Of a stretch of DNA of 64,000 nt, positions 1 to 12,521 are shown piece by piece. Where the stretch lies: positions 2,852,001 to 2,916,000 of the forward strand of contig OZ218957.1 of NCBI GenBank assembly GCA_965112735.1, written 5' to 3'. Each line of letters opens with the position of its first letter. The first letter of the stretch is position 1. The notes below the pieces were generated by a model, which had not been told where the DNA came from, searched no databases, and saw nothing but the letters and a program-made list of their open reading frames with translations. The position numbers were made by a program, and so were the translations under genes. Source of the DNA: Phaeosaccion multiseriatum. Its lineage: Eukaryota > Protista > Ochrophyta, other classes.

Positions 1-255
1 GCGCAAGGAGTCCGAAATTCCTTTTCGTCCTTTAAGACTGATGTCAGGACCCTCAGAGCATGCAAGCTGGGGCCATAGGGCCCTGGCGGCCCTTTGTGCT
101 GCCCATCGCCCCCCGCCGGCCCCTCAGCCCTGCCTGCCCCCATAGACCATACTGTAGCCGGGGCCTCTGGGCGTTTCATGCCCATATACCTTTTTCAGAT
201 AAGGATTACATGTGAGCCACTAGCGCCTCGAGGCACGCGCAAGCCGTGAATGCGT

Positions 256-257
<2 letters not shown>

Positions 258-336
<79 letters not shown>

Positions 337-367
337 GTGTGTGTGTGCGTGTGTGTTGTGTGTGTGT
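258..367. repeat. (GT)n microsatellite
   Basis: Direct read of sequence. Confidence 0.95.
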
Positions 368-1596
368 TGTTTATTATCATCCAGCGCTTATCTTTAGGCA
401 AGGCCAATGCCCATTCTCCTTGCCTAGCGTACCCTCATCGACCCCTTGCTCCCCCCCTCATTTTTCCTGTCCCTCCCTCTCCAGGTGTGGCCCCCTTGGG
501 GATGAATGGAGCGCACCAGGAGAGGGGCACTGTACTGGCCCCTGCAACGGCGACAACGCCGCCACGCGTGCTGCGACTGCCCCTGCAAGAGGGGAAAGCG
601 TCGTTCGCCTCCACTTGCCAGCAGCCCCGCCTACCCAGCCAGGAGGAGGCCTGCTATTGCTGCCTCCTCTCCCCTACCTCCACCCATGGAGTTCCCCATC
701 ACTCACCATGGCCCCCTCGGGGTCTGGGCTCAGAGAAGGCAGCAGCCAAGGTTCGCAGCGCCGCCCTCAGCCACCAGCACACGTCCCGCGAGAAACCCTC
801 GCTCGTCCCTCGACCCGTCCCAATCTGAGAATCTCGAGCTTTTCTTTGCCTCCCCTGGAGAGGGGCACCACTGTGACACGTTCGCATTCCCATGGATTGC
901 AACATGGGAGTAGCAGCATGTGTTCCCACAGCAGCAGCAGCACAGGGACCGCGGCTTGTGAGGGGATTTGTGGCTGGTGGCGCTGCTGGCTGGTGGTGCT
1001 CTTGCTGCACACCTTGTTGCCGCCCATTGTGGTCGTTCTTGGGAGGCAGTCAGGCGCAGCAGGGCCCAAGCCCAAGCACTGGTACTCTCCGTTAAGGTTA
1101 CCGCGTCGGCATGTCGTGCTGTTCGGGGGTATTCTTCGCTTGCTTGATCGGGCTCAGCAGGATCCTCCCGACGTCGTCCCGACTAGCTGTGAGCTGATGA
1201 CACGCTGAGTTGTTGTTCGGGCTTTTGTTTGGCCTCGTCAGCTCTAAGCGTTCCCTTCTATGCGTGTATGGCGGCAATGTCCAGCTTGTCTTCCAGCCAT
1301 GTGTGGCTGCGGCAGGGGCCCAACGTGGCCGACGGATGGGCCGAGGCGGGTGGGCGAGTTGGGATGGTTTGTTATGTGGAAGCGAAGGGAGGGAAACCCC
1401 AACGGGGGGGGGGAGAAACGGCGAGGGCAGAGCGCATTAGGGAGGGCGAGAAGCGTATATAGACATAGTTCAACCAACACTAACACTTCCCCCCCCCCCC
1501 CGGCCTTATGCGGTGGGAGAACTGTTCAGTTGCGTGCTTCGTCAAGCAATGGGTGAGCAGAGCAAGCAGCAGAGCATTGATCGCGAGTGCGTGCGC

Positions 1597-3284
1597 TCAC
1601 CGTGCCAATGCGATGAGGTTGATAGATAGAGCATCCTTGCAGAACTCATGACTGGAGAGGAGCGCCAGCGTGTCTTCCAGGCTCAGCTGGTTGTGCTCAT
1701 ACTGCCGCAGCGCGGGGCAGGGGCAGGGGAAGGGAAGGAGGAGAGGGTGGAGAAACAGGAGGAGGAGAAGAAAAGGAAGAGAGCCATCCATAAGGAGGAG
1801 CAGAGAGCAGAGCAGAGTAGAGCCAGCGCCATGGAAGCATTTTCGGCAGTTTCAGAGGTGGTATGCGTAGGTCTGGGGGAAAGAAAGATGCAAACTCACT
1901 TACAGAGCCGCACACACACACACATACACACACACAATGCACAGAATGGCAGAGACGTTACACACACACAAACCGATGGAAAGGGAGAGAGAGGCAGAGA
2001 GGCAGCAAAGGTAGAAAGGCAAACACACGATGCACAGAGGGATGAAGGAGATGCACCAAAGACAGATGGAGGGGCAAGGAGAGAGGCATCAAGCACGTGG
2101 CCAGCCCAGCCCAGCCTGGGGGCTGGCCCAGTGATAATGGCGTATACCGTCAGCACTTGTTTCTTCATCCAAAGGTACAGACTGGTCTTGTCCACGCATC
2201 CCTTCTTGTCGCGGTGGCTGACGGTGCTGTCTGCCCTGCTGTAATCCATGTGTTCCGCGAGGATCCTGCCCAAGCCATGGACGCCAATGTACATCTCCCC
2301 CACCTCAGCATAGAGCTTGAAGAGCAGGCTTAGCTTCTCTGCCCAAGTGCCGCTCCTGGTCGAGGGGAGGGGAGGGGAGGAGAGGAGAGGGGGGGGGAGG
2401 GGGGAGGGAGGAGGGAAGGGGAGGTGAGAGGAGAGGAGGGGAGGGAAAAGGAGGGGAGGGGAGGGGAAAGGAGGGGAGGGGAGGGGAAAGGGGGGGAGGG
2501 GAGGAGATGGGGGGGAAGAGGAGAGGAGAGGAGGGGAGAGAGGGAGGCGCGGGGTCGGCAGTCCGTCAACGGTAGAGCACTGCCAGTGTACCCCTGTAGA
2601 CTGCACATAAACAATTAGGTTGTTGACTCACACGCAGGTGGAGGTGATGCCTAGCACGTACTCCTCGAAGGAAAGATCGTCCGCCGTCACAAAAAAGGTT
2701 CCTCCCGTCAGCATGCTCGAGTCTGCGCTGCTCATCCAACTCATGCTTTGGCACGCACCACCACCGCCACCAGCAGCAGCAGTAGTAGTCATTGTTGCAG
2801 GGGCGGGGGCGTTCTCCCCCTGGTGCTGCTGGTGCTCCGGACCCCCACCTCCCCCCTCCAGCGACGAAACAAGAGAGGAATTGTCGTCCAGCTGCAGTGG
2901 GGCCGCGGAAGGAGTGAGGTCGTTTCCCCGACCCTCAGGAGGGATGGGAGAGCTGTTACTACTACTCTTCATGCCCTCTTGAGAGGGTAGCGGGGCACCG
3001 CCGCCACTGGCACTGTCGACACTCTCCCCTCCTCGGTGCCGGACACCAGGGTGATGGTTATTGTACTGGAGCTGCTCCTTATGCACGAAGCGCCGCAGCT
3101 TGTCCGCCTGAGACGGAGGGGAAGGAGGGCGGCAGAGGCAAAGAGGTTCAGAGTCTTGGGGAGATTCACAGTGCTCCGGCCCTTGGAGGCAAACTCCAGT
3201 ATGAAAGGTATTGCTAAGTAAACGCTTGACTATGCGGGTCTTCTTCACAAGGGAAACGACTTAGATCTCGCGCTCTCTCTCTTC

Positions 3285-3362
<78 letters not shown>

Positions 3363-4069
3363 GTTTCTGTCTCCCTTTCTTGCTCTTCCTCCCCCTCCCC
3401 CTGTTCCTACCACTTACATAGAGCTGCACTTTCAAGGACCACTGGTAGTGGTTATATAACTGCATCGCCGCCTCCTTGGCATGCTCAATACTGGACCCAC
3501 TCGCCGTCATGATCGCCTTGCTCTCCGTCCGGAACTGTCCTTTCTGCAGCTCCACCAGAATCCACGAGTGCGTGGACTCCACCGGAGGCGAGGCCACCTG
3601 GCCTGAAGAATGCCTGCTTGCCAATGCGAGAGGCGTTGCACAAGCAGGGACAACCGAGACGAGATGAGCATCACAGTCAGCAAGCAGACGAAAAGGTAAG
3701 AAGCTCGTTGGATTAGATTCGCGCTCATTGACTACGGCAACACGCACACCCTCCAACGCTTTTCCCACTCCCACCCCGCCTCTACACCTGTCACAAAGGG
3801 GAGAACCTACCTGACCATCGTGCTGTGCTCAAGATTTCAGCCGAGTCTAAGAGTAATTTCTGTAACGTTCTGCCAATAGTAAAAGGGTACCCTTCTCCCC
3901 CTTCTTTTAGCCCCCCTTGGATATCCCCCTTGCCTCCACTCAAGGGCGAGGATGTAATCCAAGTGGTGGAATGTTAAGCTTCTTACGTATTTAGAATGAG
4001 CAACTTTTCTGGGGCCATCTTCTGCGCCTCCTTGCTTGGGGTCTTGGGCGAGGTGGGCAGCCCACTCAT
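1597..4069 (-). CDS. Multi-exon protein with a degenerate NCS/recoverin-like EF-hand region
   Basis: Exons ~4069-3987, 3869-3811, 3602-3418, 3107-2632, 2355-2148 and 1701-1597 join in frame with GT-AG ends. LSFEEYVLGITSTCVSGTWAEKLSLLFKLY resembles the EF2-EF3 linker of NCS-type proteins (xFxEFxxxL...GxxxEKLxxxFxxY). Confidence 0.6.
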
Positions 4070-4501
4070 GCCCACTTTGTTGCGCGTACACAGTCCTGCT
4101 GGACCAACCAACCACCAGTCTCCTCCACCTCTTACGGTGATGACTGACGGACTTGCTTCATGTGGGTGCGTGTGTGCGCGTCACCGACCGACCACCTTTC
4201 ATTCTTTGTAAAACACCTATACTCGCTAGGACTGCTGCCCTTCCCTGAACTCTTTCCGCTCCTCCTATTGCGTGGCTCCACCAAGCAGCCGCTCCTTGGT
4301 GTCTCGATCTCGCATCGCTACAAGCCAGCTTCGCCGTTTCCAAGCTGCGACGTTTGGGTGGGGTAAATAGAGAGACGCACAGACATCCAGCAGGGTCGCA
4401 GGGGGGTGTGAGAGGGGCGCGGCGAATCGCTCCGCTTTCCTTCTGCCGCCACATTGAAATCAAAAGGCATCCGGAGGCCTCTAAGTTCACCAATGCAAGC
4501 A

Positions 4502-7500
4502 TTAGGACAAGACGGCAACGATCGTCTCTTCCACCTCACTTACTCTCCTCTCACCTTCCTCGGCTTCTAAGAGCGCAATGACGCAGCTGTGCCCCTCCTC
4601 GACCCTTGCTCCTTCATCCCCTTGGGCCGCCACGAGACCCAACCTGGCCCTCTTGGCCAGCTCCAGCGCCGTGTGCCCGCGGGGGCTCCGCGCCATAAAG
4701 TCTGCGCCGTTTCGGAGGAGCATGGAGCAGATTCGGGCGTGGCCTTTTCTGCTTGCGAACATGAGTGGGCTGCCTCCCTTGGGCATGACGTTTAGTCGAG
4801 CTCCAGCGGAGAGAAGGAGCTCAGCTGTTTCTAGGTGGCCGTGTTTACACGCAAATAGCATCTGCAGAGAGAGGGAGAGAGGGAGAGAGAGCGAGGGAGG
4901 CAGGGAGCGGGGTGGGGAGAGGGGGGGAGAGGGGGAGAGACAGATGGGGTGGAAGGGGGGAGGGAGAGGGCGAGAGGGAGGAAGAGGGAGACGGAGGGTG
5001 AGAGAGAGACACGGAGAGAAAAAGGGAGAGGGAAAGTAGGAAAAATGACCAGGTCCTTTCTCGATCTACTCACCGGAGTGTAACCGGCGTTGTCCGCAGC
5101 ATTTGCATCCGCACCAGCGTTGAGCAGCTGCGAGTTAGGAGTGAAGAGTGGAGGCGGATAGGTCGAGACGCCCGAAACAAAGCTTGCTTAGGACAGCAGA
5201 AGTGAACGAAGCCGAATGCTAAGTACCGACTCCACATTCTTTCCTCGTACACTGACTCCGCACAGCAGCAGGGATGATAGAGGTATTACAGACGCCCAGA
5301 GCCCTCGCCTCCTCTTCCTCCTCCCTCCCTCCCTCCCTCCCTCCCTCCCTCCCTCCCTCCCTCCCTCCGTCCGTCCGTCCGTCCCTCCCTCCCTCCCTCC
5401 CTCCCTCCCTCCCTCCCTCCCTCCCTCCCTCCCTCCCTCCCTCCCTCCCTCCCTCCCTCCCTCCCTCCCTCCCTCCCTCCCTCCCTCCCTCCCTCCCTCC
5501 CTCCCTCCCTCCCTCCCTCCCTCCCTCCCTCCCTCCCTCCCTCCCTCCCTCCCTCCCTCCCTCCCTCCCTCCCTCCCTCCCTCCCTCCCTCCCTCCCTCC
5601 CTCCCTCCCTCCCTCCCTCCCTCCCTCCCTCCCTCCCTCCCTCCCTCCCTCCCTCCCTCCCTCCCTCCCTCCCTCCCTCCCTCCCTCCCTCCCTCCCTCC
5701 CTCCCTCCCTCCCTCCCTCCCTCCCTCCCTCCCTCCCTCCCTCCCTCCCTCCCTCCCTCCCTTTCGCTCTCCTCTCTCCTGCTACTCATGGCTCCTTACC
5801 TCCCTCACGACCTCCGTGTGCCCCTCGTGTGAGGCGAAGATGAGGGCGGAGTTGCCGTTCTCGGTGCGAGCCTCCACGTCAGCACCTACACCAATACTGG
5901 GGACACACACACACGCGCACACACCCACCCACATACGCACGCACACGCACGCACGCACGCATGCACGCACGCACGCACGCACACATAGAAAATGAGCACG
6001 CACAAACACACACACAAAGCATGTGACAGGGAGAGGGAGAGAGACCAGGGCGTGGGAAGTATATGTAAGGTTGAGTCCAGCGCCTGCTTTCTCTTTTTCT
6101 TTCTTTCTCTCTCTCGCCAGACCGGCGAACAAAGAGGCTCTCTCTCGCAAGACCGGTGAACAAAGAGGCGAAGGAGGCCGAAGAAGCGTATGAGGGCGCA
6201 ACAAGAGAGAGAGTAAGAGAAAAGAGAGATCAGAGGGGGAGGGAGGAGGGGGGGGCGGGGACCGAGAGACAGAGGGGGGTGGATGCGAGAGGAGCCCAAG
6301 GATGACAAGAAGCGAAGTCAAGAAGTTGGGTCTCCGTCCAACTGTCCAGGCAGTGGTGAATCATTCAAGCACTCATCACTCACAGCGCTCTGACGATGTC
6401 CAGCTGCCCCTCGTGTGCGCTGAAGATTAGCGGACTGATGCCCCTGCTTGTGGAGGCGTTGACGCTTGCTCCTCTCTGAATGAGGGTCCGTGCAACAGCA
6501 AAGTGATTCTCGTGGAGGGAAAAGACGAGCGGGGTGTTGCCTTGCTTTGTCTGGGTGCAGAAAAAGGGGAATGGGGGGAGGGAGGGGGGATGAGGGTGTT
6601 TAAAGTTGAAAGCATTTCTCTATTTCTCTCCCTTCACCCCCGTTGAGGCCTCGTCTTTGCCGCTTCTCTGTCCTATCTATCTCCTTATAGCTTTCTGTTT
6701 CTTCTCTCTTCCCTCCTCCTCTCCCCCGCCGCTTGCTCCCCTCCCCTCCTTCCTTCCCTCCCTTCCCTCTCTCCCTCCCTCCCTCCCTCCCTCCCTCCCT
6801 TGCTGCCCCCTCCCCCTCCCTCCCATACCTTTGCGTTGATATCAGCACCTGCTTCTAGCAAGCTTTGCACGATCTCGAGATGTCCGCTCTCACAAGCGAC
6901 GTGCAGAGGCGTCACGCCGCTGCGAGGGTTGAGAGCGTTCACCTCTGCCCCATTGCGCAATAGCACAGCGATTACCCCGCCGTGGGCCTTGGCAGACGCC
7001 AAGTGCAGAGGGGAATATCCCGCGAGAGTCTTATCATTAACCTGCGCTCCACTCTGTATAATGAGATGCACAAGGGGTCCGTCGCCTTCGCAGCACTCGC
7101 CCATGAGAGCCGCCCGCAGCGCCGCTGCTCTCTTCTTGCTCCTCCTCTTCTCTCGCCGACACACCAGCCGTGCCACAACGAAGGGAACGAGCAGGAGCAG
7201 GCCCGTTCCAATCTTCAGAAGCGCCAGGCAACGTTGGCACTCGTCGGGAGGAATTGCTGCGACCACAGCTGCTCCCACCGCTGCTGTTGCCACTGCTGCC
7301 GGCCATCCTCCCCCTCCTTCTAAAAAGGCAGCCCGCGGCATCCTCATTGAGCTTGCATTGCACCTCCTGCCTCCTCTGGCCTCACTTGCCCCCCCCTTGG
7401 CACTGGGAGAGTCGCTATTGCTGAATGGATAAATCACAGAATTAAGGCGGGAAGCCGGGGAAACCGTGGGAGGATGGCAAGGGATGGCATTTGGTGGCAT
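4502..7500 (-). CDS. Ankyrin-repeat protein with N-terminal hydrophobic segment
   Basis: Exons 7500-6829, 6550-6384, 5896-5800, 5127-5074 and 4861-4502 are in frame. Canonical ankyrin repeats: GYSPLHLASAKAH, GVTPLHVACESGH, GNTPLVFS, GISPLIFSAHEG, GNSALIFASHEGH, GYTPMLFACKHGH, GGSPLMFASRKGH. Start codon uncertain. Confidence 0.9.
5322..5762. repeat. ~440-bp (TCCC)n/(GGGA)n microsatellite in ankyrin gene intron
   Basis: Direct read. Confidence 0.95.
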
Positions 7501-7533
7501 ATGGAAAGAACCTTGTCCCTTGTCGACCCTTGT

Positions 7534-8063
7534 TCGGCCCCGTGCACGCCTAGCGGCCTAGGCCTATTTTGGAAAATTGCCCGGCCTAGCGAGGGCCGTA
7601 GGCTCTCGGCCTATTTATAGGCCGCCTAGGCGGCGGCCTAGGCGGGGCAGACGCCAACTAGGCGCAGGTCCAGGGCGGGAATATGCTCATATGCCCCTGC
7701 CTGGGCTGGCCCGGAACCCGCCCAAGTGTCGTCAGTTTTAAGCAAATGTATTGCATGGGATAAGTGAGGAGTAGCTAGACTTGGTTCGTGTTGTCTCTTT
7801 CCGCCTCGCTGGCCCTACGAGGAGTGCAGGCCTACAGGTGTGCTGCTACCCACTGGCTGGGCGGCACCACGCACGCGCCCACGGTCACTGGGAGGCTGCC
7901 TAGAGGCGGGCTAGAGGCTGCCTAGAGGCGGGCTATAGGCCGCCTAGGGCTGAAAAGTGAGCGGCCTAGAGCGGCCGGAGGCCGCCGGCCTAGGCCTATT
8001 TCGGCCGAAGGCCGAGCGGCCTAGCGGCCTAGAGCCTAGGCCGCTAGGCGTGCACGGGGCCGA
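7534..8063. mobile_element. Non-autonomous DNA transposon (MITE), 530 bp
   Basis: Perfect 30-bp TIR TCGGCCCCGTGCACGCCTAGCGGCCTAGGC (7534-7563, reverse complement at 8034-8063). Flanking direct repeat CCTTGT (7528-7533, 8064-8069). Many subterminal (C)GGCCTAG motifs and no transposase. Confidence 0.9.
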
Positions 8064-8439
8064 CCTTGTCCTGGTAGAAGAAAATGCCGAGGGGCCAGTC
8101 GCCCCCCCCTCCCTCTTCTCAAGTCGGTGGTCTTGGAGTTAGTTTGTCATTCGTTTGAACTACCTCACTCCTGTACTAATGCACCCCTTAAATTATTGCA
8201 AGAGAGAACTTCGTAGTAATTGATTCCTTGACCCTGTTGCCTGCTGCTGCTTGGCTGCTGCAAGGGTTGTCTGAGTGCTGTGCAGGCGAAGATGAGGAAT
8301 CTCCTTGTCCGCACGGTTTCTGGCAAAAAGGCGGGGGTGTACCACTCGCTCCGGCCAGGGGGCAACTTGCTTCTCTCGGCGAAGCCTTTCTCAGCTTCAG
8401 GCAGAGACTCCAAGCCCCTCCACTATCCAAGCCGCCACG

Positions 8440-10554
8440 ATGTCGGAGTGGACGGAAGAGACTCAGAAGCTTTGGGGTCGGCTTCCAACTGGGGGGACGG
8501 ACGGAGGGGATGAAGCCGCCTCAGGAGGAGCAGCAGAGGCAGGCTGGAGAGTGGGACTTGAGGCACATGGGCAGCGGCAACAGGGACAAGGGGGGAAGGA
8601 GAGGAGGCTGATTGATTCCATGTGGGAGACTTTGCTGCCTGACGGGGATGGCGATGACGGCGATGACGCTGCCCGCGTAAGAGTACAGCGTCAAGCCGGC
8701 GCTTGTCGAGCCATCAGGAAGGCGAGCGCTCACTTGGCCCATGGCGCGAAGCTCGGGGAAGCAGGGGCATGTCTGTTGCTCATGGCGATTGCGCGAGCAA
8801 GTCCCGACAGTGTGTGTGTGCAGCTCCAGGCTCTCGGGGCCGTGCTGTGTCTCAGCTACGTTCCGGCCAACGGAGTTCGCTTCAAGAGGGCAGGGGTGTG
8901 CCAAGTTGTCACTCTTGCCATGAAGCGGTATAGAAGCGATGATCGGATCCAGCTCGTAGCCACCGCGGCGCTGCGAGGCCTGATCTTGAACAATGACGCC
9001 ATCAAAGCCGAGATGGGCGAGGCCGGGGCCTGCCAGGCTGTGGTCGCCTCCATGATGGTCCACTCCACCGACCCCTTCCTGTTGGGCGAGAGCTTGGACG
9101 CCATCCACGGCCTGAGCAGCAACAGCAAGGCGAACAAGCTCAAGCTTGGAGAGGCGGGGGCGTGCCAAGCCGTCCTTTCTGCCATGAGCACACACTTGGC
9201 CTGCGCTCGCCTGCAGGAGAGGGGCTGCCGGGCCATGCGGTCGCTGATGCGGGGCAACGACGCCAACAGGCTGGAGCTGGGGGACTGGGCCTCGTGCTCA
9301 GCCATCGTGGCGGCTATGACCGCCCACCCCGGAGATGCTGAGCTGCAGCAGAGCAGTATGGCCCTCATCCGCAGTCAGCACAAGGGGCACCGCAGCGGAG
9401 GCGGCAGGGGCAGCGGCAGGGGCACCATCGACCCTCCCACTGCGGCTGCTGGTGGACGATTTTCAAGCCTCATCTCTCGAGCAAGGGCAAGAGGAGGGCG
9501 GCGTGTGGTCGTACCCAAGCAGCAGGACGAGGACGCCGATCATGGCGGCGCATGGAGGGCGTGGCGGCTGGGCGCGGTCGGAGGCTGCGAGGCGGTGGTG
9601 GCGGCCCTCCACAACCACCCGGGGCACCCCCTGGTGCAAGGCTGGGGCTGCGGCGCCATCCGCTACCTTCTCACCACCGAGCAGCCCTCCCAGGAGAACA
9701 ACACAGGGCGACTCACGACGAACCGCAGCAAGCTGTTGGCGGCGGGGGTCTGTGCGGCGGTGGTGCGCATGCTTGCTACTCACGCCGACGACGGGGCCGT
9801 GCAGGAGCAGGCGTGTTGGACCCTCCGCACCCTGCTGACGAGGGCAACTCCTTCGAGTGGGACTGGCAGGGGATGGCAGTGGGTGGGAGGAGGAGGAGGA
9901 CGTGGTGGTGGGGGTGGTGGGGGTGGTGGCCCCTCCGCTGGTGCGGCCCTGCGAGAGGCGGGCGTCTTCAAGGCTTTGGCGAGGACGATGGGCGCTCAAG
10001 TGGACCACCCACGGGTGCAAGAGCACGCCTGTGCGGCCCTCCTCATCCTCAGCAGCGAGGGAGGAGGTAGAGGAGGAGGAGGATGCAAAAGAGGACGCAG
10101 AGGAGGAGGGGGAGGAGGAGGAAGGGAGGAGGTGGGCGGTGCTGCTTATTGCCTCGCTGCGGTAATGACCGCCTTCGACAGACACGCTGGCGATCTGCGA
10201 GTGAGGCGGCAGGCCTGCGGGGCGCTGCACGCCTTGAGCGGATGCACATCATCCGCCATCGGCACCCCCCTTCCAGTAGCGGCACTGGGAGGAGCAGCAT
10301 CTGCAGCACCAGCAGGGGCAGCACCTTTGGAGGAGAGGTGGGAGCCTCTTATGGTTTCGGGGGCGCAAGCTCGAGTCGGGCTGTGGCATGGAGCTTGTCC
10401 TCGTCCTCCGCACGGACCTCATAGTGTCGCTACTGCCCGCCGCGCCAGGCTGAGGGGCAGCAGCACCGCGGACCCGCAGAATCCGGCCAAGGAGCCCTTT
10501 TGGCGTTGCTGTGGCGGGAGCAGTCACGCGCAAGTCTTGCACATGCCGTCATGA
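8440..10554 (+). CDS. Armadillo (ARM)-repeat protein, single exon
   Basis: Long ORF with repeated N(K/R)xxxGEAGACxAVxxAMxxH...(V/L)QxxGCxAL units typical of ARM repeats. First ATG at 8440. Confidence 0.85.
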   Translation: MSEWTEETQKLWGRLPTGGTDGGDEAASGGAAEAGWRVGLEAHGQRQQGQGGKERRLIDSMWETLLPDGDGDDGDDAARVRVQRQAGACRAIRKASAHLAHGAKLGEAGACLLLMAIARASPDSVCVQLQALGAVLCLSYVPANGVRFKRAGVCQVVTLAMKRYRSDDRIQLVATAALRGLILNNDAIKAEMGEAGACQAVVASMMVHSTDPFLLGESLDAIHGLSSNSKANKLKLGEAGACQAVLSAMSTHLACARLQERGCRAMRSLMRGNDANRLELGDWASCSAIVAAMTAHPGDAELQQSSMALIRSQHKGHRSGGGRGSGRGTIDPPTAAAGGRFSSLISRARARGGRRVVVPKQQDEDADHGGAWRAWRLGAVGGCEAVVAALHNHPGHPLVQGWGCGAIRYLLTTEQPSQENNTGRLTTNRSKLLAAGVCAAVVRMLATHADDGAVQEQACWTLRTLLTRATPSSGTGRGWQWVGGGGGRGGGGGGGGGPSAGAALREAGVFKALARTMGAQVDHPRVQEHACAALLILSSEGGGRGGGGCKRGRRGGGGGGGREEVGGAAYCLAAVMTAFDRHAGDLRVRRQACGALHALSGCTSSAIGTPLPVAALGGAASAAPAGAAPLEERWEPLMVSGAQARVGLWHGACPRPPHGPHSVATARRARLRGSSTADPQNPAKEPFWRCCGGSSHAQVLHMPS

Positions 10555-10797
10555 GGGGATGACGAGGGGGATGCGGCAGTGGGTGCTTCCTCTCATGAAG
10601 GGGATCAGGTGCAAACTGCACTGGTCAGAGTGGCCAGATGGGCGTTGTATCATACCGAAGGGTGCCTTGGATTAATTACTGTACATACACATGTGACTGT
10701 GGGCGGTCAATTCCAGTTTGATAGACTGTACCTGATATTCGATAGCTTTTGCGCTGACCTGGGCTCTTCCACAGAGGCCGAAGGAGGATAGAGTCCA

Positions 10798-11781
10798 TCA
10801 GTCCTCGCAATTGCAGGGGTGTCCATTGGCGTGTACCCACTGCTTCATCTCCTCAAAGGCGGCAGGGGGCATATCCCAGGCATCACCCAAAATGTCTTTC
10901 CATTTTTGCGGGCATGCCCACTCGTCCCAGGGACACATGACCTCGTCCGATCGGAGCCATTTCAGCATGGAGAGGCTCTTGCCATGACGCACTGCGCTAA
11001 AACACACACTTGCATCCCAGTAGCACAGCTCCCGTACGTTTGCATGAAGCCATTGGAGCATCTCCAGATGTCCTTCATGGGCCGCCCAATACGCCCCCTC
11101 TCTCCACGACCAATCGCCTGTCCCTTGCTCAGCTCTGACCTTGGGATGGTGGAGCACCCACTCCACCACAGGAAGACGCCCCGAAAGAACAGATGCTATC
11201 AGAATACCAGCGTCAACAGATGCGTTCACCTCGTCCGTGAGCAACCACTCCAGTATCTCCAGCCTCCCCTGCCGAGCTGCTTCCTCACACACCCTTTCAC
11301 TCCACCACGGGCATCTCTCCTTACCAGAGGACCTCAGCCACTTGAGGACATGCAGCCCATGCCCAGTATTCCTCACAGCAGCAATACAGACCTCTCTGGC
11401 CCAGGGACATCCCATGCTGTGAAGAGCCTTGCACACGCGCACATGTCCGTAGTGTGCCGCAGCCTCAAATGTCTTGACAGTTAGCTCATACCCGTTTTTC
11501 CTGGCCCAGCTCAAGCGCTCAATACTCTCCACCACACTCCTGTGAAGTGTGGTCTTGACTGGATAGAGATTTCTGTAGTGTCCCTTCCACTCCTTGCTCA
11601 CCGCCGCTACGAAGAAGTCGTCACCCCCCCCCGAGCACTCCATCACTTTGCTGAGCACCAAAGCCTGGGCCACGGCCTGATCGCAAGCTTCGAAGGTCCC
11701 AACATCGCTTCCCTCTCTTACTACAAGGGCACCGGGATGGGGGGCAGCTGCCACGGCGGAACTGGCGCCACCTGACTCCAT
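10798..11781 (-). CDS. F-box-like + 'CPW' ankyrin-like repeat protein (copy 1, intact)
   Basis: 327-aa ORF. N-terminal VLSKVM...FFVAAVSKEWK is F-box-like. Repeats AAxxGHLExL(Q/K)WL...CPW(D) belong to the divergent ankyrin class common in algae and giant viruses. Confidence 0.85.
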   Translation of the reverse strand: MESGGASSAVAAAPHPGALVVREGSDVGTFEACDQAVAQALVLSKVMECSGGGDDFFVAAVSKEWKGHYRNLYPVKTTLHRSVVESIERLSWARKNGYELTVKTFEAAAHYGHVRVCKALHSMGCPWAREVCIAAVRNTGHGLHVLKWLRSSGKERCPWWSERVCEEAARQGRLEILEWLLTDEVNASVDAGILIASVLSGRLPVVEWVLHHPKVRAEQGTGDWSWREGAYWAAHEGHLEMLQWLHANVRELCYWDASVCFSAVRHGKSLSMLKWLRSDEVMCPWDEWACPQKWKDILGDAWDMPPAAFEEMKQWVHANGHPCNCED

Positions 11782-12521
11782 GGTGGGTGCAGCGGGCTGG
11801 ATCTCCTTGCCGCCCTGCTCCTGGACCTTCCCCTCAATAACAGACGAAGTTGGGGTTTAGGGGGGAAGAACTTTCTCTCTCCATTGAAGTCTGGTATGAC
11901 GAGAGAAGGGAAGGGGACAACGGCAGGCAGGAGGTAAATGAGGAAATATGAATAAAATACACGGGATCTGGCCTGCCTCTTGCGTTGGATTCTGTCGAGG
12001 AAGCATAAGGCAGGAGCTGAGTGAGGTGGAACGAGATAAGAGTGTATGGACTTGACCGCCATCTCCCAGCATGGCCTCGGCTTCTCCCAGTCCCTCCCAG
12101 CCTCTACTCTCCACCGCCGCACTCGTACCTGCTGCTGGGAGGATGGTTTTCAATGAATAGTCATCATACAATGTATCAAAAAAAGAATGGGGGAAGAGGG
12201 CAAGTTGGTCATTCGGATGGCCCTGTGAGTCACCGCTGAGGGCTGGGCCGAACAGGGCGGGGGGAACAGGCGCCAGCTCCCCCCTACAGTTCCCCCCTTC
12301 CGAGTCATGACCATTAATTTCCAATAGGTGGATTGCTGCATACAGCAATGGCAGGGACAGAGGACTCCTCAAACAGACGAAGGAGGTGGGGCGTAATTTC
12401 CTTGTGGATAGACTTGCTTGTGGGCGGAGTCTGCATCTTCCTTGGTCCTAGCCAGGCGTAAGGTCTCCTTAACGGGAAAGTCCTCGTTTTCCCCCTTGCA
12501 GCGGAAACCCTGGCTGGCCGC

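Noticed and set aside
246-1460. ORFs of 190-320 aa at the window start
   Set aside because: They begin in (GT)n, have no recognisable domain, and the reverse frames contain stops. At most this is decayed coding sequence.
5216-5995. PPSL/GGRE repeat ORFs
   Set aside because: Translations of an intronic (TCCC)n tract
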